DNA of 64,000 nucleotides from an uncultured Planctomycetales bacterium (GCA_964468745.1 CAYXVY010000201.1:4584-68583); one strand, 5' to 3'; numbered from the stretch's first letter, positions 16,621 to 26,682 are shown. The notes: generated by a model from the sequence alone, not told the origin. Program-made: numbers and translations.

Positions 16621-16989
16621 GTGGTGGACCCGGGGAGAATCGAACTCCCGTCCCAAGGTGAATCAACGGGGGCGTCTACGCGCGTAGTCCGCGGTTTATC
16701 TCGTCCGCTGGACGCCCACGGACGGGCTTCCAGCGGACCTTCCGGCTGTGAACCGTTCACCTAGACGCCCCGCCAGACGAGCGTTTCGGCATAGCCCACC
16801 TTTAGCGTCGATCGTGACCCACGGCTTGCGCCATGGCAGGCATGGTCACGAGGACGTCACGGACTAAGCCGCGAGAGCGTAATGCGGTTCAGCATTTGAA
16901 GTTGTGCTCGATGTTTAGCGAGGCCCACGAGCGTCCTCGGCGCGCAGCCTTCCATCTCCTCGACCCGGTCGATACCAGTTCGGGCCCAC
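16621..16989 (-). ncRNA. ssrA: tmRNA (transfer-messenger RNA)
   Basis: 5' GGGCCCGAACUGGUAUCGACCGGG matches the tmRNA 5' consensus; 3' T-arm GGGAGUUCGAUUCUCCC with acceptor CGGGUCCA; G3-U wobble in the acceptor stem; internal reading frame ends ...YALAA-UAG; smpB lies immediately upstream. Confidence 0.9.
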
Positions 16990-17151
16990 TTCGACTTCGC
17001 GGCGCTGTGCGCCGCTTCGCTCAGTGCGAGCACGCCTTCGCCGCGAAGGCGAAGTGTGGTGAGCGAGGCGCGCAGCGCCGAGTCGAATCCACCGCTTTCC
17101 AAAGATCACTTAATAAGACTGCCGACGCCGTTCATCCTAACAGAATCCCTG

Positions 17152-17625
17152 TCACCGGCGCATCGTCCGACGCCGCAAGTCCCGATCGCTTTCGCGCTTC
17201 TTGATCGAATCGCGCTTGTCCCACGTCTGCTTGCCGCGCGCGAGGCCGACCTCCAGCTTCGCGAGGCCGCCCTTGAAGTACAACGCGAGAGGCACGAGGG
17301 TGAATCCCTTCTCCCGCAGCTGGTGCGCCAGCTTGTCGATCTGGCGCCGCTTCAGCAGCAGCTTGCGCGACCGCTTCGGCTCGTGATTGAGCGGCCCCGC
17401 ATTGGCGTACAGGGCGATGTCCATTCCGACAATGAACGCCTCGCCGTTCCGGATCTTCCCCCACGCCTCGTGAATGCTCACGCGACCGTTGCGGATCGAC
17501 TTCACTTCCGATCCTGCGAGCACGAGCCCCGCCTCGACCTTCTCGATAATCTCGTACTCGAACCAGGCCCTGCGGTTCTTCTGGACCATCTTGATCTCGC
17601 CGTCGTCGGCGCTTTTCGGACTCAC
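17152..17625 (-). CDS. smpB: SsrA-binding protein SmpB
   Basis: NRRAWFEYEIIEKVEAGLVLAGSEVKSIR and GFTLVPLALYFK motifs, basic C-terminal tail. Confidence 0.92.
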   Translation of the reverse strand: MSPKSADDGEIKMVQKNRRAWFEYEIIEKVEAGLVLAGSEVKSIRNGRVSIHEAWGKIRNGEAFIVGMDIALYANAGPLNHEPKRSRKLLLKRRQIDKLAHQLREKGFTLVPLALYFKGGLAKLEVGLARGKQTWDKRDSIKKRESDRDLRRRTMRR

Positions 17626-17653
17626 GGCGCCATTCTACGTCGCGATTTGAGAT

Positions 17654-18355
17654 TTGCGATTTGCTATCATCGCAGTTCCCATGATGCTCGAAATCTTCCA
17701 GGCCGTGACCGGCATCTTCGTCGTCGTGTACGACGGCCAGCATGCCCTCAAGTTCACCCTTGGCCGGGCGCAGCAGGTCGTCGGCCCCGGCATCCATTTC
17801 AAGTGGCCGATCATCCAGAAGTACAAGGTCAAGGAGACGAAGCACACGACGCTCGACCTCGACCCGCAGGTCATCCAGCTCAAGGACGACCTCGTCTATG
17901 AGGTCGACGCGAAAGTCGTGTACCAGATCGTGGACCTCCGCAAGGCGATGATCGAAGTGGACGACCTGGTCGCGGGCCTGCGCAACAGGGTTGCCATGTC
18001 CGTGCAACGCGTCGTCAAGGCGCAGGACCGGCAGTCGATCGGCGACGTCGTGTCGCTGATCGCGCAGGTGCGGCAGGAACTGCGCCCCATCGAGGAGCAG
18101 TGGGGCGTCACGATCCACGAGTTCGGCTTCTCGAACCTGTCGCCGTCACCGGCAACGCTCGAAGTCACGCAGCTGCGGCTGCTCTCGGAGGAGAAGCTGC
18201 GCCTCTATCGACAGTTCCTCGACCAGAGCGGTCTGACGCGCGAGGCGGCCGTCGCTCTCATTGCGGGGGCCGTCGTGACCGTGCCGAAAATCGACGGCGG
18301 ACCGCCGCCTCCTCCGCCTCCGGCGCCTCCGAAGCCGGACGAGGAAGGTGCGTAG
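17654..18355 (+). CDS. SPFH/Band-7 domain protein
   Basis: stomatin/prohibitin-like core (VVYQIVD..AMIEVDD), N-terminal TM helix, Pro-rich tail. Confidence 0.65.
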   Translation: MRFAIIAVPMMLEIFQAVTGIFVVVYDGQHALKFTLGRAQQVVGPGIHFKWPIIQKYKVKETKHTTLDLDPQVIQLKDDLVYEVDAKVVYQIVDLRKAMIEVDDLVAGLRNRVAMSVQRVVKAQDRQSIGDVVSLIAQVRQELRPIEEQWGVTIHEFGFSNLSPSPATLEVTQLRLLSEEKLRLYRQFLDQSGLTREAAVALIAGAVVTVPKIDGGPPPPPPPAPPKPDEEGA

Positions 18356-19348
18356 GTGGAGTACGCGCGGCGCGCGCTCCGCGCGATCGTCGAGTGGGCG
18401 ATGCGTCATCCGACGGAGGCGATCCTTCTCGTCATCTTCATCGCGCGCCTCTTCGCCACGACGGTGCAGAGCGGCTGGGTGGGCGTCCTCTTCCGTTTCG
18501 GTCGCGCGCGACGCGTCATCGAGCCCGGCTTCCGCTGGCTCATTCCGGGCCTTGAGCACGTCCGGAAGATCCACTCGAAGGCGATCACGCAGGTGCTGCC
18601 GGCGCAGCGCATCGCCATCGCGGACGGCCTCGTCTACGACGTCGGCGCGAGTCTCGTGTACCGGGTGCGCGATCCGATGAAGGCGATGATCGAAATCGAC
18701 GACGTGACGGCAGGGTGCGCGACGGCCGGCGCACTTGCGGTGTGGGACGTGCTTCGCGAGCGTCGCCACGATGAGCTTCGCGACCGCGAACTGCTCGACG
18801 AAGCGCTCACACGCAACGTGCGCGCACGAATCGCGATTTGGGGACTCGATGTCGATCGCGCCGGTTTTACGACCATCGCGCCCACGGCCAAGACGATTCG
18901 CCTGACCCAGCTGGAGCCGCTTGTCTTCGAGCGCGCGCTGGCGATGGGGGCGTTGACGGCAGGCGGCCTCTCGACGGTCGAGGCGCTCTTGCTGCTTGGC
19001 TCCGACCGCAAGATCACCTCGCACGCGCACGCGCGGTATCGCGATCGCGCCCTCCGCCGTCCGCCGCCGACGATCGCCGCGCGACGGATTGCCGAGAAGC
19101 TCTCGGAGGAGGAAGCGGCGTTCGTCGAGGAGGAGATCGACGCGCTGCTCAGCGACGAGTTCATGGTCACCACCGCGGCGGAGGAGGCGCTCGAGAAGCG
19201 CGGCCGCGTGATCGTCGCGCGGCTTCGGGAACGGTTGCGCCGCGTCGGCGATCTCGAGGCCGCGGTGAGGGCCGAGGAACTGATCAAGCGCATCGAGAAG
19301 GCCGAAAAGCAAAAGGAAACCGAGCAGGCTGAGGAAGAGACGGAGTGA
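18356..19348 (+). CDS. SPFH/Band-7 domain protein (second paralog)
   Basis: GTG start directly after the previous stop; LVYRVRDPMKAMIEIDD core; coiled-coil acidic C-terminus. Confidence 0.65.
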   Translation: MEYARRALRAIVEWAMRHPTEAILLVIFIARLFATTVQSGWVGVLFRFGRARRVIEPGFRWLIPGLEHVRKIHSKAITQVLPAQRIAIADGLVYDVGASLVYRVRDPMKAMIEIDDVTAGCATAGALAVWDVLRERRHDELRDRELLDEALTRNVRARIAIWGLDVDRAGFTTIAPTAKTIRLTQLEPLVFERALAMGALTAGGLSTVEALLLLGSDRKITSHAHARYRDRALRRPPPTIAARRIAEKLSEEEAAFVEEEIDALLSDEFMVTTAAEEALEKRGRVIVARLRERLRRVGDLEAAVRAEELIKRIEKAEKQKETEQAEEETE

Positions 19349-20022
19349 TGCGCTGCTGGTACGTCTATCTGGCGCGCTGCGCAGACGGCACCCTGTACAC
19401 CGGCGTCACGACGGATCTTGCGCGCCGAATGGCGCAGCACTGCGACGGCACCGGCGCCAAGTACACGCGGAGCCGCGGCGGCGCGAGGCTCGTGTCGTGG
19501 GAGGCGCACGCGACGAAAGGGCGGGCGCTCTCGCGCGAAATCGCGGTGAAGCGGTTGACGCGGGCGCGCAAGCTGGAGATCCCGCGCGTCGAGGGAATCC
19601 GGCCTGCGGCCCCCGCGGACATGACGTTCATCAGGCGCACCATCGCGACCATCGGCATGGACGACGAGCGGATGTCGCACGAGCAGTACGTGATCGTCGG
19701 AGCGCGCCACGGCTTCGCGCGCATCAAGCCGTACGCGAAGTGTTTCGAGCTGGGAAGTGTCGTGGTGCTGCCGTGCTACCGGCGGCGCGGGGTCGGCGCA
19801 TCCTTGGTGCGTTTTCTGGTCGCGCGCTTTCCGTCCCGCCGCATCTGGCTGACGACGGCAAGCCCAGAGTACTTCGAGAAGCTGGGGTTCCGGCGGGGAA
19901 GGCCGCCGGCGGAGCTGCGCGCGAAGCTCTCGAAGCTGGCCCGGGTGCATGGCCGGCGGGACATCGTGCCGATGGCCTGCGCACGGCCGCAACGCCCGGC
20001 GCTAAGTCCTGCCGATAAATAG
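19348..20022 (+). CDS. GIY-YIG domain fused to GNAT acetyltransferase
   Basis: CWYVYLARCADGTLYTGVTTDLARRMAQH GIY-YIG motif; C-terminal VVLPCYRRRGVGASLVRFL GNAT motif A; TGATG stop/start overlap with upstream gene. Confidence 0.65.
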   Translation: MRCWYVYLARCADGTLYTGVTTDLARRMAQHCDGTGAKYTRSRGGARLVSWEAHATKGRALSREIAVKRLTRARKLEIPRVEGIRPAAPADMTFIRRTIATIGMDDERMSHEQYVIVGARHGFARIKPYAKCFELGSVVVLPCYRRRGVGASLVRFLVARFPSRRIWLTTASPEYFEKLGFRRGRPPAELRAKLSKLARVHGRRDIVPMACARPQRPALSPADK

Positions 20023-20026
20023 GGGA

Positions 20027-20425
20027 GTGGGACTCGCGACCAAACTGAGAGAGCGTTCGCCGGCGATCCGCGTCGTGCTTCTGCCGCGTGACACGAACGA
20101 GGTGGGCTCCGTCTTCGGCGGTGTCATCATGAGCCTCGTCGACCAGGCCGCCGCCGTCGAGGCGCGCAGGCACACCGACGAGCGCGTCGTCACCGTCTGC
20201 GTGCGGGAACTCGTCTTCAAGAAGCCGGTGTTCGTGGGCGATATCGTCAGCTTCTACTGCAAGACGTTGAAGGTCGGTACTACCTCGATCACGGTTCATG
20301 TCGATGTTGAAGTCCAGCGACGAGCGGACTCGTCGATCACCGAGGAGGTGACCGAGGCCGATCTCGTCTTCGTGGTCGTCGACAAGGATCTGCGGCCGAT
20401 GCCGATCAAGAAGAACAGCCGATAA
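20027..20425 (+). CDS. acyl-CoA thioesterase (hotdog fold, YciA-like)
   Basis: NEVGSVFGGVIMSLVDQAAA...FKKPVFVGDIV hotdog thioesterase pattern. Confidence 0.75.
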   Translation: MGLATKLRERSPAIRVVLLPRDTNEVGSVFGGVIMSLVDQAAAVEARRHTDERVVTVCVRELVFKKPVFVGDIVSFYCKTLKVGTTSITVHVDVEVQRRADSSITEEVTEADLVFVVVDKDLRPMPIKKNSR

Positions 20426-20508
20426 GCCGCGCCCGTCGCTTTAAAATGAAGCGAGCCCCAGCCGGCGAGGGCAGGGGCCCGTTTCGAGGACTGGCCTTGC
20501 GATGGGTT

Positions 20509-21804
20509 TTATGGGCGTAGTCTGGCGGCGGTGAGGGCGAGCATCGTCAGGGCGAGCGCCATGACGAGCGCGTTCCCCGCGTACATGCCGCGCGTCGCGT
20601 CGAACATCTGGCAGTCGTTGCCGCCGTCCTTGCTCTTCGGGCCGGCGACGGGGACGGGTACGATCAGGTCCGGCACTGTGTCCGCGTTGATGTCGAACGA
20701 AGTCCACGGGCTGAAGTTGCCGGCGCTGTCTTCGGCGCGGTACTTCCACGCCCAGTTGCCGACTGGCAGGGCGACGACGATCTGTGCCTGGCTGCCGCTG
20801 GCCAGGAAATTCGTGCTCTCGGTCGCATTGCCCGTAAATCCCATGGTCGTGATGGCGCGTTCGATGTGCCAGCGGATGGTGTCGCCATCGACGTCCGCGA
20901 CCATCGCCTTGAACCACACCTGCGAGCCCACGACGACTCCGCCCGTCGGAATCGGATTCACGCCGCCGCCGTCGAACTGCCCGGGGGCGCTCACGATGGG
21001 CGGCTGGTTTACCGGCGGCGAGGTGCCGCAGATGAAATCCGTGTCCGTCTCGGGGTTTGCGCCGTAGGAGACCGTCGTGCTGGTCGTCACACCGTCCGTG
21101 GCATAGACCGACCAGTGATAGAGCTCGCCGTCCGTGAGGCCGGTGAGCGTGATGGAGGCGGAGGTTGCCGTCACAGTAACGGAGTGCGTGGGCGTTCCCG
21201 TGAACGTCGTGCTCGTGGGCACGCATTCGACGTGCACCTTGTAGGTTACCGCGGAGACCGCAAATGTGGGATCCGCGGGCGTGCTTGTCGTGGTTGTCGA
21301 GGACGTAATGCTCTCGATGTCGCACGTGACGATGGCCTCAGCGCCTTCGCTGTAGCCGCCGGTTGCGATGACCGTCGTGGCGTCGGAGCGAAGCTGCACC
21401 AGGTTCTTCACAGTGATCGTCGTTGTCGTCGGCGGCGGTACCGCCGTCGTGGTCACCGGAGGAGTGGTCGTAGTCGTCGTGGGAGGCGTGGTTGTCGTCG
21501 TCGTGGGAGGTGTCGTCGTGCTCGTCGTCGGCGGTTTGGTCGTTGTCGATGCCGGCGGCGTCGTCGTGGTGGTCGTGGGAGGCGTCGTCGTATCCGACGC
21601 GGGCGGCTCGCTGGTCGTGGGTGCTGTGCTCGTGTCCGTCGTGCCGTCCGGAAGCGGCGCCGTCGCGGCGAGTGCGATCGCGATGCCGATCGCCAGGATC
21701 GGAATCACCAGGATGCGGGACTTCCGCAAAACGTTGCTCACAAGGCCCTCCTCGCAAAACCCCAGTCCAAGCAAAACTGCTGAACTAACCCCACCGCTCC
21801 CCAT
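20509..21804 (-). CDS. secreted Thr/Pro-rich FN3-like protein with MYXO-CTERM-like sorting signal
   Basis: long TTTPP low-complexity linker, FN3-like segments (GELYHWSVYATD, WAWKYRAEDSAGNFSPW), C-terminus GGNDCQM...ALVMALALTMLALTAARLRP; alternative GTG start at 21741 gives a better signal peptide. Confidence 0.65.
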   Translation of the reverse strand: MGSGGVSSAVLLGLGFCEEGLVSNVLRKSRILVIPILAIGIAIALAATAPLPDGTTDTSTAPTTSEPPASDTTTPPTTTTTTPPASTTTKPPTTSTTTPPTTTTTTPPTTTTTTPPVTTTAVPPPTTTTITVKNLVQLRSDATTVIATGGYSEGAEAIVTCDIESITSSTTTTSTPADPTFAVSAVTYKVHVECVPTSTTFTGTPTHSVTVTATSASITLTGLTDGELYHWSVYATDGVTTSTTVSYGANPETDTDFICGTSPPVNQPPIVSAPGQFDGGGVNPIPTGGVVVGSQVWFKAMVADVDGDTIRWHIERAITTMGFTGNATESTNFLASGSQAQIVVALPVGNWAWKYRAEDSAGNFSPWTSFDINADTVPDLIVPVPVAGPKSKDGGNDCQMFDATRGMYAGNALVMALALTMLALTAARLRP

Positions 21805-21877
21805 ACGAAGGGGGGCCCCGTTTTCCGTACCCGATTCGTAAAGATTTGTGCCCGGACCAGGGGGTGGCAGGGAGGGG

Positions 21878-24721
21878 CTATTCCTGCTGTTTGGCCAGCA
21901 GGGTGTCGATCTGCGCCCTGAGGGCCTCTCGCAGGGGCCACTGGGGGGGCGCGACGTCGAGGCAGGTGCGGAAATCGTCGATGGCTCCCTTGAAGTCTCC
22001 CGTGGCCTGCCGGACCATGCCGCGATTGTGGTACGGCTCCGGGCGTTGCGGATACTGCCGCACCGACTCTTCGGCGTCGGCCATCGCGCCCGGAAAATCC
22101 CGTGTCGTGGCCTTGAGGGCCGTGCGGTTGACGCGCGCGGGGAAGAACCGCGGGTTGAGCTCGAGCGCACGATCGTAGTCCTGCATGGCGCCGACCGGAT
22201 CGTTGCGCTGGCGCTTGAGGTCGGCGCGGCGGCAGTGCGTCGCGGGATCCGTCGGATTGAGCAGGATCGCCTGCGAGTAGTCGTCGAGGGCACGCTTCCA
22301 TTGTCCGCGCGCCTCGTAGGTCTCGCCGCGCTTGAGGTGCGGCGCCGGATTCGCCGGCATGATGCCGATGGCGCTGGAGAAATCCTCGAGGGCGCCGTCG
22401 AGATCGCGGCGCGCCGCGCGCAGGGCGCCGCGATTGAAGTAAGCGAGCGCGCAATGGACGTTGATCCGGATCGCCTCGCCGTAGTCCGCCATCGCGGCGT
22501 CCTGCTCGCCGAGCGACTGCCGCGCGTTGCCTCTATTCACGTACGCGAGCGCGAGCTTGGGATCCTTCGCCATCGCGGCGTTGGCGTCGTCGATCGCGCC
22601 CTGCAGATCGCCCGATAGGGCTTTCGCGAAAGCCCTGTTGCAGAGCGCGCCGGCGTCGTCCGGCCGCATGCTCATGTACTGCTCGATGTCGGCGATGCCC
22701 CCCTTCGGATCGCCCGACTGGGCGCGCGCGAAGCCGCGGTTGTTGTAGGCCGGCGCGAAGCGCGGCGCGAGACGCAGCGTGGCGGTGTATTCCGCGATCG
22801 CGTCCGCCTGGCGGCCGCGGGCGATCCACGCGTTGCCGCGCAGGAATCGCGCGCGCGCGTAGTGGGGACGCAGCTTGAGCGCCTGTCCGAAATCGTCCGG
22901 CTCTCCGCGGGCCATGCCGCGCAGGAGCCAGAATTCCTCGCACCCGAGACGACCTGAGAACGTCTTGATGGCGTCATCGCTCAGCCGAACAACCTCGTCG
23001 CGCCGCAGCTGCGCGAGCGCGCGATACACTGCCAGCAGCGACCGGTCGGCATCCTCCGCGGCGTCGGGCCGCCTCGTGGCCGACGCGAGATGGCGCGCGG
23101 CGGTGTCCAAGTGCTGCATGACGCGTTCGTCGGGCGTGAGCGTGTCGTGCATCCGCTGGACGAACGCGTCCATCGCGCGCTCCTGGTACAGCCGTGCGAG
23201 ATGGTAGTGCGCCCCCGAATCGTTGGGGCTGCACCGTTCCGCCGCGCGGAGCGCCCGCTCCGCGGCGTCGAGGTCCCCGAGCATGTGACGCCCGATGCCC
23301 AGCGTGACCCACGCGTGCGAATCCTCGGCGCCTCCCCCCTCCCGCACGATCGCGTCCAGTTCGTCGCACGCTTTCTTGACGCGCGCCAGCTCGGCGAAAA
23401 TCGCGTCGCCTTCGACGTGGAACCACGGACGTGCACCGCGGATGACGGCTTCGATCGGCCGCACGAGTTGCTCCGCCCGCAGCCGGCGCTCGGCCTCGCC
23501 CGCGCGCGCGAAACTCCAGATCGAGGCGCCGATGGCGACGATCAGAACGGCGGCGGTGGCGGTGACCCGCCTGCGCACTGAGAACCAGCGGCTCAGCTTG
23601 CGGACCACGCCCGGCGCCTGCGCATAGACGGGCTCGCCGGCGAGGTAGCGCAGCAGCTCCTCTGAGAACTCCTCCGCGTTCACGTAGCGCCGGGACGGAA
23701 CCGGGTCGAGCGCCTTCAGGCACACCGTCTCAAGCTCCACCGAGACGCGCGGATTGAGATTGCGAGGGCGCTCCGGCGGACCTGCGAGGATCTTGTTGAA
23801 GACCTCGATAGGGTGGGCACCGGTATGAGGTGGCCGGCCGACCAGCATCTCGTAGAGGATCGCCCCGAGCGCATAGACGTCGGTTCGAGCGGTCACCTGG
23901 TCGATGCCGCTTTGTACCTGTTCCGGAGCCATGTACGGCGGCGTGCCGACCACGAATCCCGTCTCGGTCACGCGCGCCTCGTTTTCCTGCAGGAACGCCA
24001 GACTGAAATCGGCGACCTTCGGCTCACCCATCTCCGTGACGATGATGTTCGCGGGCTTGAGGTCGCGATGGATGATGCCGTTCTGATGCGCGTAGTGAAC
24101 CGCGCGCGAGACTGTCGCGAGGAGGCGGATCATGGACGGAAGCGCCCGTCGCGCCTGCGGCATCAACTCCGTCAGCGTCTTGCCCTTCACCAACTCCATC
24201 ACGAGGTACATGTGGCCGTCCTCCTCGCACGCGTCGTGCAGCGTGACGAGGTTCGGGTGCGCGAGGCGCGCCGCGGCCGTGCACTCGCGATAGAAGCGCT
24301 GACGCATCGTCTCAAAACTCTTGGCGCGCGGGCGCAGGACCTTGAGCGCGACCTCGCGGTGGAGCTCGCGGTCGAGGGCGCGGTAGACGATGGCCACGCC
24401 CCCTTCGCCGAGCCGCTCGATGATCTCGTAGCGGCGGAATCTCGGAAGCTCCAGCTTGGCGGTGTCGTAGAGCGCCTCCGACACCTCCGGCGCCAGCCCG
24501 CGCGGGACGGCGCCGTTCAAGTACTGGCGATGGCGCTCCTCGCGGCGCAGCTCTTCAAGCGCTTTGTCGTCGATCAGTCCGCGCTCGCGCATGAGATCCG
24601 CCAGGAGGACCGATTCGCCGCGGGCGAGCCGCTCCTGCTGCTCGCGAAGGCACTCTTGCACGGCCTCCTGGGGGACAATGCCGCGTTCGACGGCCAGACG
24701 CCCGACTATCGTGTCTGCCAC
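21878..24721 (-). CDS. Ser/Thr protein kinase, MshEN-like N-terminus, TM helix, periplasmic TPR repeats
   Basis: GRLAVERGIVPQEAVQECL and LADLMRERGLIDDKALEEL motifs; IIHRDLKPANII, DFSLA, APE kinase motifs; TM helix VTATAAVLIVAIGASIW; many TPR repeats. Confidence 0.8.
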   Translation of the reverse strand: MADTIVGRLAVERGIVPQEAVQECLREQQERLARGESVLLADLMRERGLIDDKALEELRREERHRQYLNGAVPRGLAPEVSEALYDTAKLELPRFRRYEIIERLGEGGVAIVYRALDRELHREVALKVLRPRAKSFETMRQRFYRECTAAARLAHPNLVTLHDACEEDGHMYLVMELVKGKTLTELMPQARRALPSMIRLLATVSRAVHYAHQNGIIHRDLKPANIIVTEMGEPKVADFSLAFLQENEARVTETGFVVGTPPYMAPEQVQSGIDQVTARTDVYALGAILYEMLVGRPPHTGAHPIEVFNKILAGPPERPRNLNPRVSVELETVCLKALDPVPSRRYVNAEEFSEELLRYLAGEPVYAQAPGVVRKLSRWFSVRRRVTATAAVLIVAIGASIWSFARAGEAERRLRAEQLVRPIEAVIRGARPWFHVEGDAIFAELARVKKACDELDAIVREGGGAEDSHAWVTLGIGRHMLGDLDAAERALRAAERCSPNDSGAHYHLARLYQERAMDAFVQRMHDTLTPDERVMQHLDTAARHLASATRRPDAAEDADRSLLAVYRALAQLRRDEVVRLSDDAIKTFSGRLGCEEFWLLRGMARGEPDDFGQALKLRPHYARARFLRGNAWIARGRQADAIAEYTATLRLAPRFAPAYNNRGFARAQSGDPKGGIADIEQYMSMRPDDAGALCNRAFAKALSGDLQGAIDDANAAMAKDPKLALAYVNRGNARQSLGEQDAAMADYGEAIRINVHCALAYFNRGALRAARRDLDGALEDFSSAIGIMPANPAPHLKRGETYEARGQWKRALDDYSQAILLNPTDPATHCRRADLKRQRNDPVGAMQDYDRALELNPRFFPARVNRTALKATTRDFPGAMADAEESVRQYPQRPEPYHNRGMVRQATGDFKGAIDDFRTCLDVAPPQWPLREALRAQIDTLLAKQQE

Positions 24722-24757
24722 TTCACCTACTGTACGACGGTGGGACTCGGGTCCCGT

Positions 24758-25477
24758 CTACTCCAGCCACGAAAAGAGTCCGCGCAGCTCGTCGGCGAGT
24801 TCTTCGGCGGACCGCACGGTCTCGCGCACCTGCGCCTTGAGAGCCTCCCTGAACGCCTCGCGCGCGACACGGAGATAATTGCTGACGCTGTCCTCCGTGA
24901 TTCCCAGTTGTTTCGCGACGGCCGTGTACGTAGCCTGTCCGTCCCCCTCGAGATCGTAGAGGCGGAAGACCTCGAAGCACTTCATGCGATCCTGCTTGTG
25001 AAACGTCTCGCGGACCGACTCCACGGCCGCGCGGATCACCGCGGCCCGCCATTCGCGCTCGAACACCTCTTCGGGACCGAATTCGCGGGCGGCCGCGAGG
25101 TTCTCCTCCGCGCCCAGCTCCGCCTGGTCCAGCGTCAGGTGCGCGATCTTCCCGCCCCTCCGCACCGCGTGATCGATCCGCCGCTGGTCGGCGACAAAGT
25201 TGCGGACGCTTGTCTTCAGGAAGTTGCGGAAGCGTCCGCGCTCCTCGTCCGCCTTCTCGAGAAAGCCGGATTCCATCAGATGGAGAAAGAAGGCCTGCGT
25301 CAGGTCCATCGACGCGGTCGCGTCGTGATTGCAGGAGGTGCGCACGTACCAGTACACGGGCTTCCAGTAGCGTTCGATGAGCGTGTTGAGTGCGGTCTGG
25401 GAGTCCTTCTCCTCGCCGCGCGCGTGCGAGACGAGGGTCCACAGCGTCGATGGAAACGCTACCGGTGCGGTGTCCAC
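24758..25477 (-). CDS. ECF-like sigma-70 family factor (paralog 2)
   Basis: MDTAPVAFPSTLW N-terminus, YWKPVYWYV..DLTQAFF region 2, HTH-like region 4. Confidence 0.7.
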   Translation of the reverse strand: MDTAPVAFPSTLWTLVSHARGEEKDSQTALNTLIERYWKPVYWYVRTSCNHDATASMDLTQAFFLHLMESGFLEKADEERGRFRNFLKTSVRNFVADQRRIDHAVRRGGKIAHLTLDQAELGAEENLAAAREFGPEEVFEREWRAAVIRAAVESVRETFHKQDRMKCFEVFRLYDLEGDGQATYTAVAKQLGITEDSVSNYLRVAREAFREALKAQVRETVRSAEELADELRGLFSWLE

Positions 25478-25522
25478 GATTCCGATGATAACGCAAACCC
25501 GCCGGCACCTGTCAGCGGATCG

Positions 25523-26617
25523 CTATCCGGGCTTCCCCCAGACGAGAGGCTGCAGCGCGGGCTCATTCTGTTTGAAGCCGGCAATGCTCACCTGCGCGGC
25601 CAAGTTCTCGGCGACCCTCATGAACGCGCGCGCCGCAGGGTGATTGGGATCCGCTTCGACGATGGGACGCCCCGCGTCCGCCGTCGTGCGAATCGTCGTG
25701 TCCAGCGGGATGGCGCCGAGGAAGGGGAGTCCCATCCCTGTGGCGATCGACCTCGCGCCGCCCACGCCGAAGATGTCGTCGTGATTGTGGCACTTCGGGC
25801 ACTCGTAGCCGGACATGTTCTCGATGATGCCGAGCACCGGCACGTGAAGCTTGCTGAACATGTCTACCGCCTTCGTCGCGACGTTGAGCGCAACGTCCTG
25901 CGGCGTCGAGACGACCGCGGCGCCGGTCAGCGGGATCATCTGGCAGAGCGAGAGCTGGACGTCGCCCGTGCCGGGGGGCAGGTCGATGATGAGATAGTCG
26001 AGCTCGCCCCACTCGACGCCCCCGAGGAACTGCTCCATGTATTTGTGGAGGATCGGGCCTCGCACCGTCACGGCCTGGCCGGGGGGCGAGAAGAGGCCGA
26101 TCGAGACCATCGGCATGCCGTACACGCGCGGCGGCACAAGTTTCGTCGAAGGCGTGGTCGTCGGCTGCCAGCCCGGGGCCATGCCGAGGATCTTCGGGAT
26201 GCTCGGACCGTAGATGTCCGCGTCCATCACGCCGACGCGTGCGCCGAGCTTCGAGAGCGCGAGCGCGATATTCGCACTGACCGTCGATTTGCCGACGCCG
26301 CCCTTGCCGCTGGCGATGGGGACGACGTTGCGCACGGTCGTGAGCATGTGCTGCTTGGCCGAGACGGTGCTTCGCACTTGCGAGGTCATCTGCACATCGA
26401 CCTTCTCGATGCCGGGCAGCCGCTTCACGGCATCGATCGACTGCTGTTTCAGCTGCTCGCGCACCGGGCACGCGGGCGTGGTGAGTTCGATGGTGAACGA
26501 GACGACGCCTCCGCACGACTTGACATCCTTCACGAAGCCGAGCGAGACGATGTCGCGGTGCAGGTCGGGGTCCTGAACGGATTTGAGCGCGTTCAGGATC
26601 GCGGGGATTTCAGCCAT
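25523..26617 (-). CDS. mrp: Mrp/ApbC/NBP35 iron-sulfur cluster carrier ATPase
   Basis: N-terminal MIP18/DUF59-like domain, SGKGGVGKST P-loop, CPKC motif. Confidence 0.88.
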   Translation of the reverse strand: MAEIPAILNALKSVQDPDLHRDIVSLGFVKDVKSCGGVVSFTIELTTPACPVREQLKQQSIDAVKRLPGIEKVDVQMTSQVRSTVSAKQHMLTTVRNVVPIASGKGGVGKSTVSANIALALSKLGARVGVMDADIYGPSIPKILGMAPGWQPTTTPSTKLVPPRVYGMPMVSIGLFSPPGQAVTVRGPILHKYMEQFLGGVEWGELDYLIIDLPPGTGDVQLSLCQMIPLTGAAVVSTPQDVALNVATKAVDMFSKLHVPVLGIIENMSGYECPKCHNHDDIFGVGGARSIATGMGLPFLGAIPLDTTIRTTADAGRPIVEADPNHPAARAFMRVAENLAAQVSIAGFKQNEPALQPLVWGKPG

Positions 26618-26682
26618 AGGCAGAGTAGCGTAGTGGCAACTGTGGCAGGGGTCAATCCGATACTGCTGGGACAAGCGTTCAC

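Noticed and set aside
16346-16764. Several small ORFs (16346..16687, 16455..16760, 16510..16764 and others)
   Set aside because: They lie within or next to the tmRNA gene and are explained by the structured RNA.
21400-21620. Highly repetitive nucleotide tract (ggcgg/gtcgtcgt units) that might be mistaken for a CRISPR array or microsatellite
   Set aside because: It is in frame within the FN3/MYXO-CTERM gene and encodes a Thr/Pro-rich linker; there are no spacer-repeat periodicity or CRISPR-like repeats.
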